Shown here: one piece after another, positions 18,129 to 29,584 of the stretch
Layout of the letters: each line of letters begins with the position of its first letter
Numbering within the stretch: position 1 is the first letter of the stretch
DNA from: Vulcanimicrobiota bacterium
GTDB lineage: Bacteria > Vulcanimicrobiota > Vulcanimicrobiia > Vulcanimicrobiales > Vulcanimicrobiaceae
Length of the DNA stretch: 64,000 bases
Direction: 5' to 3'
NCBI GenBank assembly: GCA_963723515.1
Contig: CAVRQT010000002.1
Coordinates: 224,001 to 288,000, forward strand
Program-made: the position numbers and the translations under genes
The notes under the pieces: model-generated
What the model was told of the DNA's origin: nothing
The model's database searches: none
Seen by the model: only the letters and a program-made list of their open reading frames with translations

Positions 18129-19712
18129 ATGGCAATCGTTGAAACGCGTCTCGAGAGAACGAGCGCCGCGTACCCGCAGAACTTCGAACGCCTGAGCGGG
18201 CTTGTCGACGAGCTGCGGGAGGCGCTGATTGCCGTCCGCGCGGGCGGCGGCCCGGAAGCGACCGCAAAGCATCGCAACCGCGGCAAGCTGACGGCTCGCG
18301 AACGAATCGACCAGCTTATCGATCCGGGCGCGCCGTTTTTGGAGTTCAGTTCGCTGGCAGCGCACGGGATGTACGACAACCAATGTCCCTCGGCCGGTAT
18401 CGTCACGGGGATCGGCGTCGTTGAAGGTCAGGATTGCATCATCGTCGCCAACGACGCCACCGTCAAAGGCGGCACTTACTACCCCATCACCGTCAAAAAG
18501 CATCTGCGCGCGCAAGAGGTTGCCGAGCAAAACCACCTGCCCTGCATCTATCTCGTCGATTCAGGCGGCGCTTTCTTACCGCTGCAAGCGGACGTCTTTC
18601 CCGATCGCGAGCACTTCGGGCGCATCTTTTACAATCAAGCGCGCATGTCGAGCCAGAAAATTCCGCAGATCGCCGCCGTCATGGGCTCTTGCACGGCGGG
18701 CGGTGCCTACGTTCCGGCGATGTCCGACGAAACGGTTATCGTCAAAGAACGCGGCACCATCTTCCTTGCCGGTCCGCCGCTTGTGGCGGCAGCAACGGGC
18801 GAGCAAGTCACGGCAGAGGAGCTGGGCGGCGCCGACGTTCACACGCGAATTTCCGGCGTCGCGGATCATTTTGCCAACGATGACGTGCAGGCGCTGGCCA
18901 TCGTTCGCTCGATCGTTTCAAACTTGCATCGCGAGATGCCGCGCTGGTGGGACACAGTAACGCCGCAGCCGCCGGCATACGACCCGCAGGAGATCTACGG
19001 CATCGTTCCTAGCGATCCGCGCATCGGCTATGACGTCCGGGAAGTGATCGCGCGAATCATTGACGGTTCCGATTTCGCAGAATTCAAAGCCCGATTCGGA
19101 ACGACGCTGGTCTGCGGATTCGCGCGCATCGAAGGGCATCCGATCGGGATCCTCGCGAACAACGGCATCCTCTTCAGCGAGAGTTCGCATAAAGGGGCGC
19201 ACTTCATCGAGCTTTGCGCACAACGCGGCACGCCGCTGCTGTTCTTGCAAAACATTACCGGTTTTATGGTCGGCAAGGAATACGAGAATCGCGGCATCGC
19301 AAAAGATGGCGCGAAGCTCGTGACCGCCGTTGCTTGCGCTGAAGTGCCGAAGTTTACCGTGATCATCGGCGGCAGCTTCGGCGCCGGGAACTATGGGATG
19401 TGCGGTCGCGCCTACTCGCCACGCCAACTGTGGATGTGGCCGAACGCGCGCATCTCCGTCATGGGCGGTCCACAAGCCGCGAGCGTTCTTTCAACGGTCA
19501 AAGGCGAGATGACGCCGGAACAACGCGCGAAATTCGAACAGCCAATTCTCGAGAAGTACGAGCGCGAAGGCAGCCCGTATTACTCGACGGCGCGCTTGTG
19601 GGACGACGGCATTATCGATCCGCTCGACACGCGCAAAGTGATCGCGCTCGGCTTGCAAGCCGCTTCCCACGCACCGCAACGCGAGACGCGCTTCGGCATC
19701 TTTCGAATGTAG
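18129..19712 (+). CDS. mccB: Methylcrotonoyl-CoA carboxylase, carboxyltransferase (beta) subunit
   Basis: [36 protein letters not shown] motifs and C-terminal FGIFRM. Confidence 0.92.
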   Translation: MAIVETRLERTSAAYPQNFERLSGLVDELREALIAVRAGGGPEATAKHRNRGKLTARERIDQLIDPGAPFLEFSSLAAHGMYDNQCPSAGIVTGIGVVEGQDCIIVANDATVKGGTYYPITVKKHLRAQEVAEQNHLPCIYLVDSGGAFLPLQADVFPDREHFGRIFYNQARMSSQKIPQIAAVMGSCTAGGAYVPAMSDETVIVKERGTIFLAGPPLVAAATGEQVTAEELGGADVHTRISGVADHFANDDVQALAIVRSIVSNLHREMPRWWDTVTPQPPAYDPQEIYGIVPSDPRIGYDVREVIARIIDGSDFAEFKARFGTTLVCGFARIEGHPIGILANNGILFSESSHKGAHFIELCAQRGTPLLFLQNITGFMVGKEYENRGIAKDGAKLVTAVACAEVPKFTVIIGGSFGAGNYGMCGRAYSPRQLWMWPNARISVMGGPQAASVLSTVKGEMTPEQRAKFEQPILEKYEREGSPYYSTARLWDDGIIDPLDTRKVIALGLQAASHAPQRETRFGIFRM

Positions 19713-19717
19713 CCCGG

Positions 19718-20461
19718 TTAAGGGCGAGGTGTTTGCAGCGATCCCGGACTTGGAAGCGGCGATTTAAAGATCGATGCCGGACTCGGTGTCATCTTTGGAA
19801 TCGGTCCAATAACGCGCGCGCGAGCCATTCCGCGAACCGTTAAGTTAAAGTAGGCTGGATGTAAGGTCCAGCGCCCGGCGCCGTACGCCAAAATCGCTCG
19901 CGCACGCGGTTGTGTCGGACAACATAACGCGGCCGTGGCATTGTAATACGGGCCGTTCAAGACGATTGTATTTCCCTGAATCTGCGCGGAAAGATCGCAT
20001 GGATTGGAGACCTGCGCGGCAACTCGAACGGTTCCGGCGCCCGGAACGGCGCGTAGAACAGAGAGCGCCGAACTGCCGCAGTCGGCACCCGCTTGATGCA
20101 CGAGAACGGCTGCTTCTTGTCGTCCAGCCCCCATAAACTCACCTTTGCCGATTAAGCGCAAGTCAACGGTCGGCAAAAACAGATCTGCGCCCGGCACTTT
20201 TTGCCGCCTTGGGACGAGCGCCAACGCGTCGCGTGCTGACGGCGATTGATAGATCTCCGTAAAACCGTCGCCGCGTTGCGCGTAAATCGTTAAATACGGT
20301 TGCCACTGTGAGTTCGTCAGCCGAAGCCGGCTCGCCACGAGCTGGTAACGGCTGTTCATCGCTTCACCGATGAGGTACGCGGTCATCGACTGCGTGACCG
20401 CGCCGGGCGGCGACGGATGATACATTTGTGCGAATGCAGCGGTAGTGCAAGCGACCGCCAA
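19718..20461 (-). CDS. Hypothetical secreted protein
   Basis: Signal-like N-terminus; Cys motifs GADCG, NPC and LCCPT; Pro-rich tail. Confidence 0.6.
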   Translation of the reverse strand: MAVACTTAAFAQMYHPSPPGAVTQSMTAYLIGEAMNSRYQLVASRLRLTNSQWQPYLTIYAQRGDGFTEIYQSPSARDALALVPRRQKVPGADLFLPTVDLRLIGKGEFMGAGRQEAAVLVHQAGADCGSSALSVLRAVPGAGTVRVAAQVSNPCDLSAQIQGNTIVLNGPYYNATAALCCPTQPRARAILAYGAGRWTLHPAYFNLTVRGMARARVIGPIPKMTPSPASIFKSPLPSPGSLQTPRP

Positions 20462-20509
20462 GATAATGGGCAGCGCGACGCTTTGTGACGCCTGCGGCGT
20501 TTTTCCTAA

Positions 20510-20561
20510 GTCACACTTCGACGCTTCGTCACTGCTCAGCGCAGGCTTGCTCAGTGTGACA
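20510..20561. repeat. REP-like element with internal insertion
   Basis: Reverse complement reads TGTCACACTGAGC...GTCGAAGTGTGAC. Confidence 0.65.
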
Positions 20562-20587
20562 CTGGGACTGCTGCGGGTGACACGTCC

Positions 20588-21325
20588 TTAAATCCCTGCG
20601 TACCATTCATAGCCTTGGTCCTCCCAGTAGCCGCCGTGTCCGGAAAAAATTGTGGCAAATGAAGCGACGACCTCTATGCGCGCGACCCACTTGGCACTCT
20701 TGTAGCCTAATTGCGTCGGAACGCGCAAGCGCAGCGGCGCGCCGTGATCGGCGTCGAGCGGCTTGTCGTTGAGATCCAGCACGAGCAGCGCTTGCGGATG
20801 CCGTGCTTGATGCAAATCCAAACTCTCATAGTATGGCAGCCCTTCGGGCGAGCGGTCCATGCAATGGAAGACGACATAGCGCGCTTCCGGCCGCGGCTGC
20901 GCTAGGTCAAGCACATCGCGCAATCGCACGCCGCGGAACTTTCCGATCGCGCTCCAGCCCTCAACGCAATCGTGACGCGTTATATTTGTCTGCAACGGCA
21001 TGCTGCGCAGTTGAGAAAGCGAAAGCCGCTGCCGCCGTTCGACCGCGCCGTCCACGACCAAGCGATAGGCGCGATAATTGGTGTGCATCAGCATGGCGTA
21101 GTGTGCGTCCATCGGCGTATCAAAGCCGTTGACGCGAAAACTACGATCGATATCTGCGTCACGGTACTCTTTAGCGAGTCCATGCGTACCGAGCAGCGCC
21201 CGGTTGAGCGGTTCTGCTGCGTTCAGCACGTCCCGGAAGCGAGTGTCGTTCAGGCGTGTCCCTATTGCCGAGCAGCCGGCGAGCGCGGCAGAAAGCGATG
21301 AGGCAATGAAGAGCTGGCGCTTCAT
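20588..21325 (-). CDS. Molybdopterin-dependent oxidoreductase (sulfite oxidase/MsrP-like)
   Basis: TRHDCVEGWS and HGAPLRLRVP.QLGYKSAKW motifs, C-terminal GYWEDQGYEWYAGI, Tat/lipoprotein-like signal. Confidence 0.88.
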   Translation of the reverse strand: MKRQLFIASSLSAALAGCSAIGTRLNDTRFRDVLNAAEPLNRALLGTHGLAKEYRDADIDRSFRVNGFDTPMDAHYAMLMHTNYRAYRLVVDGAVERRQRLSLSQLRSMPLQTNITRHDCVEGWSAIGKFRGVRLRDVLDLAQPRPEARYVVFHCMDRSPEGLPYYESLDLHQARHPQALLVLDLNDKPLDADHGAPLRLRVPTQLGYKSAKWVARIEVVASFATIFSGHGGYWEDQGYEWYAGI

Positions 21326-22126
21326 ATTCCGGTTCCATCATGAACGCCCAAGCGGTACCAACCGGTGACCATCGAGCGAAGGTGGTTGATGACGCCCGTC
21401 GTTGCAACGAGCACCAGATGCGTCGCAAAGAAAGCGATCAAAAGCAGCATGATAGACGAAGTGCCAAAGCCGCGCAAACTGACGTCCGCCGAAAAGAACC
21501 GTAATCGGATGAAATGTCGCATCGAATGAGGGCGAGAGAGCGAGGCCCGTTAAGACGATCAACGGCGCCAGCACGAAGAGCACCGTCGTGTACGCAAGCT
21601 TTTGCAGCGGGTTGTACTTGCCGTGCGGCGGCGGCTCTTTACGTATGCGCAAGTAGTAGAGTTGCATCGGTAAGATTTTCGGAATATCGGCGCGTCTGAG
21701 AATCAGCTCGCGGAGATCACCGCGCAATAGGCCGACGATCACATACAGCAGGCCGCCGATCGCCATGATCCACGCGAAGAACAGATGCCACCGTCTTCCG
21801 TCGGAGAGCGCTTGATACGACGGAATCGTGAGCCAACCCGGAAAGGCGCGATCCGTCTTGCCGCCCATTCCATCGTCGGTGTATCCGAGAAAGCCGGTCG
21901 TTACAAATCGATGGCCGAAGATCGTCGTGATTCCCATATGGGATTCCGTCGAGTCAATCGAAAGCACGCGCCGCGCCGGATTGCTCTTATCCGAAGCGTC
22001 GAGATACGGCGCTGCGTTGAAGATCTGCAAACCGCTGCTGATCAGTGCCAAGAACGCAAGGAAGAACGCCCAATGCGTAAGCCGTGTCGTCAAGGAGTGG
22101 CGATAGACCGCTGCGCGCTGCTCCAT
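21322..22126 (-). CDS. Cytochrome b/b6-domain membrane subunit (frameshift near 21470)
   Basis: RLTHW, SGLQIFNA, GRRWHLFFAW, KYNPLQKLAY and GGRQFARLWHF motifs. Confidence 0.85.
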
Positions 22127-22179
22127 CGCGACTATCTTAGCATAGGCGGTGACACGCAACGCCGAGAAGCTCGCGCGCA

Positions 22180-22959
22180 ATGCCCGAGCCAATTCTCGAA
22201 ATCTCGACCACCGAATCGGTCGCGCACGTCACGCTCAATCGCCCGGAAGTACGCAATGCATTTAATGCAGAGCTTATCGCGGAGCTGCGTCGCGCGTTCG
22301 AGCGGCTCTCGAACGACGATGCGCTTCGCGCCGTCATTTTGTCCGGCGCGGGCAAGACGTTCTGCGGCGGTGCGGACATCAACTGGATGCGCGACTCGCT
22401 GGAGCTTTCACATCAAGAGAACGTTTCAGACGCCAAACGGATGTCCGAGATGTTCACCACGATCGACCGTTGTTCTCGGCCGGTCATCGCGCGCGTCCAT
22501 GGTGCGGCCCTCGGCGGCGGTTCCGGCTTGGTCGCAGTCTGCGACGTCGCCATCGCGGCCGACGATGCGCTCTTCGGTTTTACCGAAACCAAACTCGGCA
22601 TCTTGCCGGCCGTCATCTCGCCATTTGTCATCCGCAAGATCGGCGTCTCTTACGCGCGCGCACTGTTTCTGACGGGAGAGCGCTTCGGCGCCGAGCGCGC
22701 CGCAAGCATCGGCCTCATCCACGAAGTCGTTCGCTTTGAGGATCTCGATACCGCGGTCGATCGGGTCGTCGATGAGATCAAGACCGGTGGGCGAGACGCG
22801 ATCGCTCTCGCCAAGAAGACGATTTTTGATGTGACGGCCGATCCGCGGAATGCGCGAGAAATCACCGCGCAAGCGATCGCGCAACAGCGCACGAGCCCCG
22901 AAGGCCAAGAGGGGTTGCGGGCGTTCTTGGAGCGGCGCAAACCGAAGTGGTCGCTATGA
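22180..22959 (+). CDS. Enoyl-CoA hydratase, likely methylglutaconyl-CoA hydratase
   Basis: LNRPEVRNAF, FCGGADINWM, ALGGG.GL and E.KLGILPAVISP motifs; leucine-catabolism context. Confidence 0.88.
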   Translation: MPEPILEISTTESVAHVTLNRPEVRNAFNAELIAELRRAFERLSNDDALRAVILSGAGKTFCGGADINWMRDSLELSHQENVSDAKRMSEMFTTIDRCSRPVIARVHGAALGGGSGLVAVCDVAIAADDALFGFTETKLGILPAVISPFVIRKIGVSYARALFLTGERFGAERAASIGLIHEVVRFEDLDTAVDRVVDEIKTGGRDAIALAKKTIFDVTADPRNAREITAQAIAQQRTSPEGQEGLRAFLERRKPKWSL

Positions 22960-24891
22960 TTGGGCGTCTGCTCATCGCGAACCGCGGCGAGATCGCGGTA
23001 CGCATTGCCCGCGGCGCGCGAGAACTCGACATCGAGCCCCTTGGAGTGTACTCCGAAGCCGACCGCAACTCGATGCATCTCGATTTCATGGCGGACTCAG
23101 CCTGCATCGGGCCGCCCGCCGTGACGGCTTCCTACCTTAATATGGCCGCAATTCTGGATGCGGCACGGGCGCTTCATGCGGACGCAATCCACCCCGGCTA
23201 TGGCTTTCTCTCGGAGCGGCCGCAGTTTGCCGAAGCGGTGCGTGAGGCCGGATTGATCTTCGTCGGTCCGTCCCCTGAGGCGATGGCCGCGATGGGCAGC
23301 AAGCGCCGTGCCAAGGCGCTTGCGCGTGAGAACAGCGTTCCGGTCGTTCCCGGCTATGACGGCGACGATCAGAACGCCGCGCGACTGGCGTCGGAAGCGA
23401 GCCGAATCGGTACGCCGCTATTGATCAAGGCGAGCGGTGGCGGCGGCGGCCGCGGAATGCGGGTCGTGAACGACTTGAACACGTTCGACGAGGCGCTGCA
23501 AAGCGCGCGCCGCGAAGCGCAAGCCGCTTTCGGCGACGATACCGTCTTGCTCGAGCGCTATCTTCAAGATCCGCGGCACATAGAATTCCAAATCTTAGCT
23601 GACTCACACGGAAATATCGTGCACCTGGGCGAGCGTGAATGCTCGATTCAGCGCCGCCACCAGAAAATGGTCGAGGAAGCACCGTCATCGGCCGTTTCTT
23701 CAGCAATTGCGTACGGCGATGGGAGAGTCGGCGGTGCGCATTGCGCGTGCAGTCGGGTATGTCAATGCCGGAACGCTCGAATTCATGCTCGACCGCGACG
23801 GAAATTTCTATTTCTTAGAGATGAACACCCGACTGCAAGTCGAGCATCCCGTAACCGAACTTGTCTACGATCTCGATCTCGTTCACTGGCAACTGCGAAT
23901 TGCAAACGGAGAGCGATTGACGTTCGGTCAAGACGATGTTGCGCCACGAGGCTCAGCAATCGAGGCCCGGATTTACGCCGAAGATCCGTACAACAACATG
24001 CTTCCGTCCACCGGTACGATATCGGTGTGGCAGCCGGCGGCCGGACCAGGCGTTCGCGTTGATTCCGGCGTTCAAGCGGGCAGCAACGTCTCGATGTACT
24101 ACGATCCGATGCTCGCGAAGCTCATTGTGTGGGGCGAAAATCGATCGACGGCCATCAAACGGATGCAGTATGCGCTGAACTGCTTTACGATCGCCGGCGT
24201 CCAGAGCAACATTCCGCTGCTTTCCTGGATCGCGTCAAATCAAGCGTTCATCGACGGCAACACAACGACGTCGTTCTTGGACGAAGAGTTGTCCGATGAT
24301 CTCTTTGCGCAGCGCGCGCCGCCGTCTGCGCAGACGCTTGCCCTGGCGAGCGCTGCGGCATTGCAAAACGGTTCTGCCGGCTGGCGCCTTGGCGCGGTCG
24401 GAGTTCCGCTTCGCTTCGCCTATGGCGATCGCATGTATGCAATTGACGCCTCGCGCAGCGCTGAGTCGACATGGAAACTGCAGGGCGATCTCCAGGGCAC
24501 AATGACGATACGGCATGCGGGGCCGGCGCTCGACGTGCAACTTGAAGACAAAAGGATCCAAGGGGTCGCAGTCGCCGATTCCGACGGCGTTGAGGTGCTC
24601 CGCGATGGAGAGCGTCATCAATTGCGCCTTGCGCCGCCGCCTTCAATGGAGCAGCGCGCGCATGCCGGCGGCGGTACCGGCGGCGCCATCGTTGCACCGA
24701 TGCCCGGGCGCATCATCAAAGTTTCCGTTGAAGCCGGTGAGGCTGTCGGAGAACACGCACTGCTGATGGTTCTTGAAGCGATGAAGATGGAGCATCGAAT
24801 CGAGACCTCAGCCGCCGGTAGCGTCAAGCGCGTTCTCGTGAAAGACGGCGAACTGGTGACTGCCGGCGCCCCGCTCGTTGAAATCGAGTAG
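22956..24891 (+). CDS. mccA: Methylcrotonoyl-CoA carboxylase, biotin carboxylase/biotin carrier (alpha) subunit (frameshift near 23700)
   Basis: ANRGEIA, HPGYGFLSE, GGGGRGM, ERECSIQRRHQK, EMNTRLQVEH and EAMKM motifs. Confidence 0.9.
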
Positions 24892-24895
24892 CGGC

Positions 24896-25696
24896 ATGCA
24901 AGAACGCACGTTATTCATGGTTCCCGGCTACAACGAGCCGCCGCGGCACTTTGAAATCTTGCAACATGGTCGCGGCGGCATCGCCGGACTCGAATCGTAC
25001 GGCTTTCGTTGCGTGACCTTCCCGCCCCAAGCGGATAACTTGCGCGACCGAATCGACCGCTTTGCAGACCATATCGACATGTTGCGCGAGAGCGGTCATC
25101 ACTTTCCGATTGCGACCGTCGGATACTCGCTCGGCGGCTTGGTCGTGCGCGGTTTTCTTCGCGCCTATCCCGAGCGTGCAAAAGAGATCAGCCACACGAT
25201 CATGATTGCTACGCCGAACTGGGGCGTAACGGTGCTTGAGATGCCGCACATCACGCGCATGCTACGCATCCCCGACCAAGCGATGGGCGACATGGATCTG
25301 CAGTCGGATTTCATGCGCTGGCTGAACAAGACGAGCGGACATTGGGAAATCGTTCACGACAAACGCAATCGGCTCTGGCACCTCGATGCCGAACCCTTCG
25401 TTGCGCCGCCCGACGCGGCGCTTCTCTCGATCGTCGGGCTGATTCCGCAGCGCGGCGGCGACAATGACGGCCTCGTTTGGTCGGATTCGGCGACTCTGGA
25501 CGGCCGAATTCCGGCGCACTTTATCGTCGGTCCGCATTGCAACCACATGAACATCATCGGGCACTTCGACGTCATGATCATGCTGAGCAAAGGTTTCTTG
25601 CGCAACGATCGGGTTTGGCCGCTCACGCTTGAGGCGATGCTGAAGTTTCTCAGAACCGACGTAACGCAACCGTTGGCAACGGCGCGACCGTCATGA
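24896..25696 (+). CDS. Alpha/beta hydrolase (lipase/esterase-like)
   Basis: Nucleophile elbow GYSLGG; IATPNWG, NDGLV and NH motifs. Confidence 0.75.
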   Translation: MQERTLFMVPGYNEPPRHFEILQHGRGGIAGLESYGFRCVTFPPQADNLRDRIDRFADHIDMLRESGHHFPIATVGYSLGGLVVRGFLRAYPERAKEISHTIMIATPNWGVTVLEMPHITRMLRIPDQAMGDMDLQSDFMRWLNKTSGHWEIVHDKRNRLWHLDAEPFVAPPDAALLSIVGLIPQRGGDNDGLVWSDSATLDGRIPAHFIVGPHCNHMNIIGHFDVMIMLSKGFLRNDRVWPLTLEAMLKFLRTDVTQPLATARPS

Positions 25697-26610
25697 GCAA
25701 CGTGGCGGTTCCAAAACGCGTGAAGGTCTGCGAGGTCGGACCACGCGATGGCCTACAAAACGAAAGCGTTACGGTGGCGGCGGACGTGAAGGTTCGCTAC
25801 ATCGATCTGCTTTCGCAGAGCGGCTTGCAGATGATTGAAGCGACATCGTTTGTTAGCCCGAAAGCGATTCCGCAACTGGCGGATTCGGCCGAGGTCTTCC
25901 GTTCGATTCAAAAACGGCCCGGCGTACGATACGTTGTACTCTGTCCAAACCTTCGGGGGTTGGAACGCGCGCGTGAAGCGGGCGCCGATTCGATCGCCGT
26001 CTTCACTGCCGCAAGCGAAACGTTTACGAAGCGCAACATCAACATGACGATTGACGAATCGCTGCGGGTGTTCGGCGAAGTGATTCGCGAGGCGCGTTCT
26101 GGGGGCATGTGGGTGCGCGGATACATCTCGACCGCCTTCGGTTGTCCTTACGAAGGTGCCGTCCCGATCGATCGGGTCCTCAAAGTGACCAGCGCGCTCT
26201 TCGAATTAGGCTGCGATGAGATTTCAATCGGCGACACGATCGGCGTTGGTGTACCGACGCAAGTCGATGCGCTGATCCCACGCCTAGCGCAATCCATTCC
26301 TCTCGAACGAATTGCGCTGCATTTTCACGACACGCGCGGCACGGCGCTCGCAAATGTCCATGCTGCATTGCAGCATGGCGTTGCGATCTTCGATTCGTCT
26401 GCCGGCGGCCTCGGCGGCTGTCCGTATGCACCCGGCGCTTCAGGCAATCTCGGAACCGAAGATCTGCTTTACATGCTGCACGGCATGGGGATCGAGACGG
26501 GTGTCGATCTGGCTCAAGTGCGCGCTGCTTCTCGGTTTATCGCCGGTGCGCTCGACCACGCCCCGACTTCAAAAACGTTCTTGGCGCTCGAAGCCGCTTC
26601 TAGCGCTTGA
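25693..26610 (+). CDS. hmgL: Hydroxymethylglutaryl-CoA lyase
   Basis: EVGPRDGLQNE, LHFHDT and GLGGCPYAPGASGN motifs. Confidence 0.95.
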   Translation: MSNVAVPKRVKVCEVGPRDGLQNESVTVAADVKVRYIDLLSQSGLQMIEATSFVSPKAIPQLADSAEVFRSIQKRPGVRYVVLCPNLRGLERAREAGADSIAVFTAASETFTKRNINMTIDESLRVFGEVIREARSGGMWVRGYISTAFGCPYEGAVPIDRVLKVTSALFELGCDEISIGDTIGVGVPTQVDALIPRLAQSIPLERIALHFHDTRGTALANVHAALQHGVAIFDSSAGGLGGCPYAPGASGNLGTEDLLYMLHGMGIETGVDLAQVRAASRFIAGALDHAPTSKTFLALEAASSA

Positions 26611-27761
26611 CCGACCTGCGCGGGCTGCGGCTCGGCGTGCTTGCGCCGATCACGTGGCCGACGCCGCCGCGCGGATACGGCCCTTGGGAACAAATCGCAT
26701 TCAATATTGCCGACGGCATGCGCCGGCGCGGTGTCGACGTTACGCTCTTCGCGACCGGAAATTCCCGATTTGCCGGAAAGCTGCAATCCGTTGTGCCGCT
26801 GGGCTTGGCGGAAGATCCGGCGCTCAACGGCGAGGTTTTCTCGGCCTTGCACATCGCAAAGTTCTTCGAAGCGGCTTCACAACTCGATCTGCTGCACAAC
26901 AACTTCGATTGGAAGCCGCTCACATATGCGCTGACGAGCGCCTCGCCGCCACTCGTAACGACGATTCACGGCTTCTCAGGGCCGCAGATTCTGGCGGCGT
27001 ACTATGCGGCGGCACAGCGAAGCTTCTACTGCTCGATCAGCAATGCAGATCGCGATCCCGGCCTCTCGTATCTCGGAACAACGTACAACGGCATCGAGCC
27101 AAAGCAATTTACGTTTCGCGACCGGCCGGGTGATTATTTGGCGTTCTTGGGACGCTTTCACATCGAGAAAGGCGTCCATCTTGCCATTGAGATCGCGAAA
27201 CGCAGCGGCATTCCGCTGAAGATTGCCGCGATTCCGCAAGACGAGCAGTATTTCAAGACGCAAGTCGAGCCGCACATCGATGGCAAGGTGGTGCAGTTCT
27301 TGGGGCCAGTGCATGGAAAGGCGCGCGACGATCTGCTCGGCGGCGCGCTCGCGCTCGTCATGATGACGACGCGACCGGAACGCTTCGGCCTGACGATCGT
27401 TGAGGCGATGGTTTGCGGAACGCCGGTGCTCGGCGCCGATATGGGTTCGATTCCGGAAATCATCATCGACGGCGAAACGGGTTTTCTTTGCAAGAGCGTT
27501 GACGACGCCGTCGCGCGCGTTCCGGAATTGCGAGATTTAGATCGCCGTGCTTGCCGGCGAAGGGTCGAAGAACAATTCACGGTCGAGCATATGGTCGACC
27601 GGTATGCCGACGCCTACGCGAAAGCGCTCGTGCAGCGCACGCCTCCGCCGCCGACGCCCGAACGACTGCAAGCGCGCGCGCACGATTGGTGGGATCGCCC
27701 GATGGCGTTCACCGACATCCCACCGAAGCCTAAGACGCCGGTGCACGACCTGCTGCAATGA
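26607..27761 (+). CDS. Glycosyltransferase family 4
   Basis: PPRGYGPWE, LGRF..EKG and ERFGLTIVEAMVCGTPV motifs. Confidence 0.9.
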   Translation: MTDLRGLRLGVLAPITWPTPPRGYGPWEQIAFNIADGMRRRGVDVTLFATGNSRFAGKLQSVVPLGLAEDPALNGEVFSALHIAKFFEAASQLDLLHNNFDWKPLTYALTSASPPLVTTIHGFSGPQILAAYYAAAQRSFYCSISNADRDPGLSYLGTTYNGIEPKQFTFRDRPGDYLAFLGRFHIEKGVHLAIEIAKRSGIPLKIAAIPQDEQYFKTQVEPHIDGKVVQFLGPVHGKARDDLLGGALALVMMTTRPERFGLTIVEAMVCGTPVLGADMGSIPEIIIDGETGFLCKSVDDAVARVPELRDLDRRACRRRVEEQFTVEHMVDRYADAYAKALVQRTPPPPTPERLQARAHDWWDRPMAFTDIPPKPKTPVHDLLQ

Positions 27762-27786
27762 ATTTGTGACTACGACGCTAACGGCT

Positions 27787-28275
27787 TTACAGTTTGATTG
27801 AGCTGATGCGCTCCCGCATGTCGTCGATATACTGACGGAGGCGTTTCGCGATTGCTTCATCCGAGAGCGCGAGCATGCGCACCGCCAACAGCGCCGCATT
27901 CTTCGCGCCGCCGATCCCGACCGTCGCCACCGGAACGCCCGCCGGCATTTGCACGATGGAGAGGAGCGAATCGAGCCCGCCCATCGTTTGCGTTCTGATC
28001 GGCACGCCGATGACGGGCAATGTCGTCTTGGCTGCGATAACACCGGGAAGATGGGCGGCCCCTCCGGCGCCTGCAATGATCACGTGCAGGCCGCTTGCGA
28101 CGGCCTTCTCGGCAAACTCGAGCGTTGCATCAGGCGTGCGGTGCGCGGAGAGCACTTTGAGCTCGAACGGGATATCGAATTCCTGCAGCACATCGCGCGC
28201 GTCGCCCATCGTCTCCATATCGGAGACGCTGCCCATGATGATCGCAACTAACGGCGCATTCGGTTGACGGTCCAT
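27787..28275 (-). CDS. purE: N5-CAIR mutase
   Basis: [22 protein letters not shown] and [14 protein letters not shown] motifs. Confidence 0.97.
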   Translation of the reverse strand: MDRQPNAPLVAIIMGSVSDMETMGDARDVLQEFDIPFELKVLSAHRTPDATLEFAEKAVASGLHVIIAGAGGAAHLPGVIAAKTTLPVIGVPIRTQTMGGLDSLLSIVQMPAGVPVATVGIGGAKNAALLAVRMLALSDEAIAKRLRQYIDDMRERISSIKL

Positions 28276-28352
28276 GGCGCGCGCTTTCGAGTCCCTCCTT
28301 GGCCCGCCCTCGAAAAGAGTGAGCGCGTTCGCCGCGAAGCGCGCAGGCCAAC

Positions 28353-29584
28353 GTGACTCGTTTTCGCATGGGAATCAATTACTGGCCTCGCCGCAGTGCG
28401 ATGTACATGTGGCAGCGATTCGATGCCGGCGAAGTGCGCGAGGACATGGCGCACATTGCGGCTCTCGGCTTAGATTGCGTGCGCTTCTTTCTTACTTGGG
28501 AAGACTTCCAACCTGAAGCAGCGCGAATCGACTCAACGGCGGTCAACAATCTGCATTTGGTCATGGATGCGATCTCGGACGCAGGGCTCGCGGCGATTCC
28601 TACGCTCTTTACCGGTCACATGAGCGGCGTCAACTGGCTGCCGGAGTGGACGCTGGACGCGCATACGCCGCATGGCCGCTTTCGAACCTACAGCCGCGGT
28701 CGCGAAGTGCCGTTCGGCATCGGCGATTTCTATCGCGAGCCATTGTTGACGGCGCAGCTGCTGCACGCCAAAGAAGTCGGCGCTTCATTAAAGGGACATC
28801 CCGCGCTTTGGCTGTGGGACGTCGGCAACGAGTTTTCAAACTTGCGTGAACCGCAAACGCCTGCCGATGCGGCGAATTGGAGCGCGGCGCTCACCAATAC
28901 GCTTGCCGAACATTCCGCAGCCGGAGTCACCGGAGGGACGCACGGTGAAGATCTGACGCGCGATCGCCACCTGCGGCCAAGCTCGATTTGTTCGCCCTGG
29001 ACATTTGCGACGATGCACGGCTACTCGGTCTATTTTCCACAATCGCGCGGACGCTTGGATCACGAAGTCGTGCCGTTTCTTTGCCAGTTGATGCAATCGT
29101 GTGCCGAAAAGCCGGTCTTCTTTAGCGAATTCGGCAATCCAACATGTCCGCCGGGCACCGTTTCACCGTACGACCGCGTGCCATTGCCCGGCGAAACGCG
29201 ACCACAAGCAAGCGCGATCCCCGCAAATGCCGCCGCATTTGCCTGTCTAACTGAAGACGAGATGTGCAGCTATGCCTATGCGGTGCTCGATCACTGCAGC
29301 GCAGAGGCGCCCTTGGAGCAATGTGGTGGTGCTACGCCGATTACGCGGACGAACTACGCGAGGTGCCGCCGTTCGATCGTGCTCCACATGAGCTGACGTT
29401 TGGCATCATCCGCGCCGATGGATCATCGAAGCCGATCGCACAGACGCTGCAGCAATTTGCCAAAGAAAATCGGCAGACGACGGCGTTGCCGCTGCCGCTG
29501 GTTGACGAAGCAGACTACTATGGCGGTCTGCCCGCGACGCTCTCGCAACACTATCGCCAGTATTGTGAAAGCGACGACGTATGA
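28353..29584 (+). CDS. Glycoside hydrolase, clan GH-A (GH5-like; frameshift near 29300)
   Basis: GINYWP, acid/base motif WDVGNE, MHGY, nucleophile motif SEFG, then WWCYADY and HELTFGIIR in the next frame. Confidence 0.8.
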
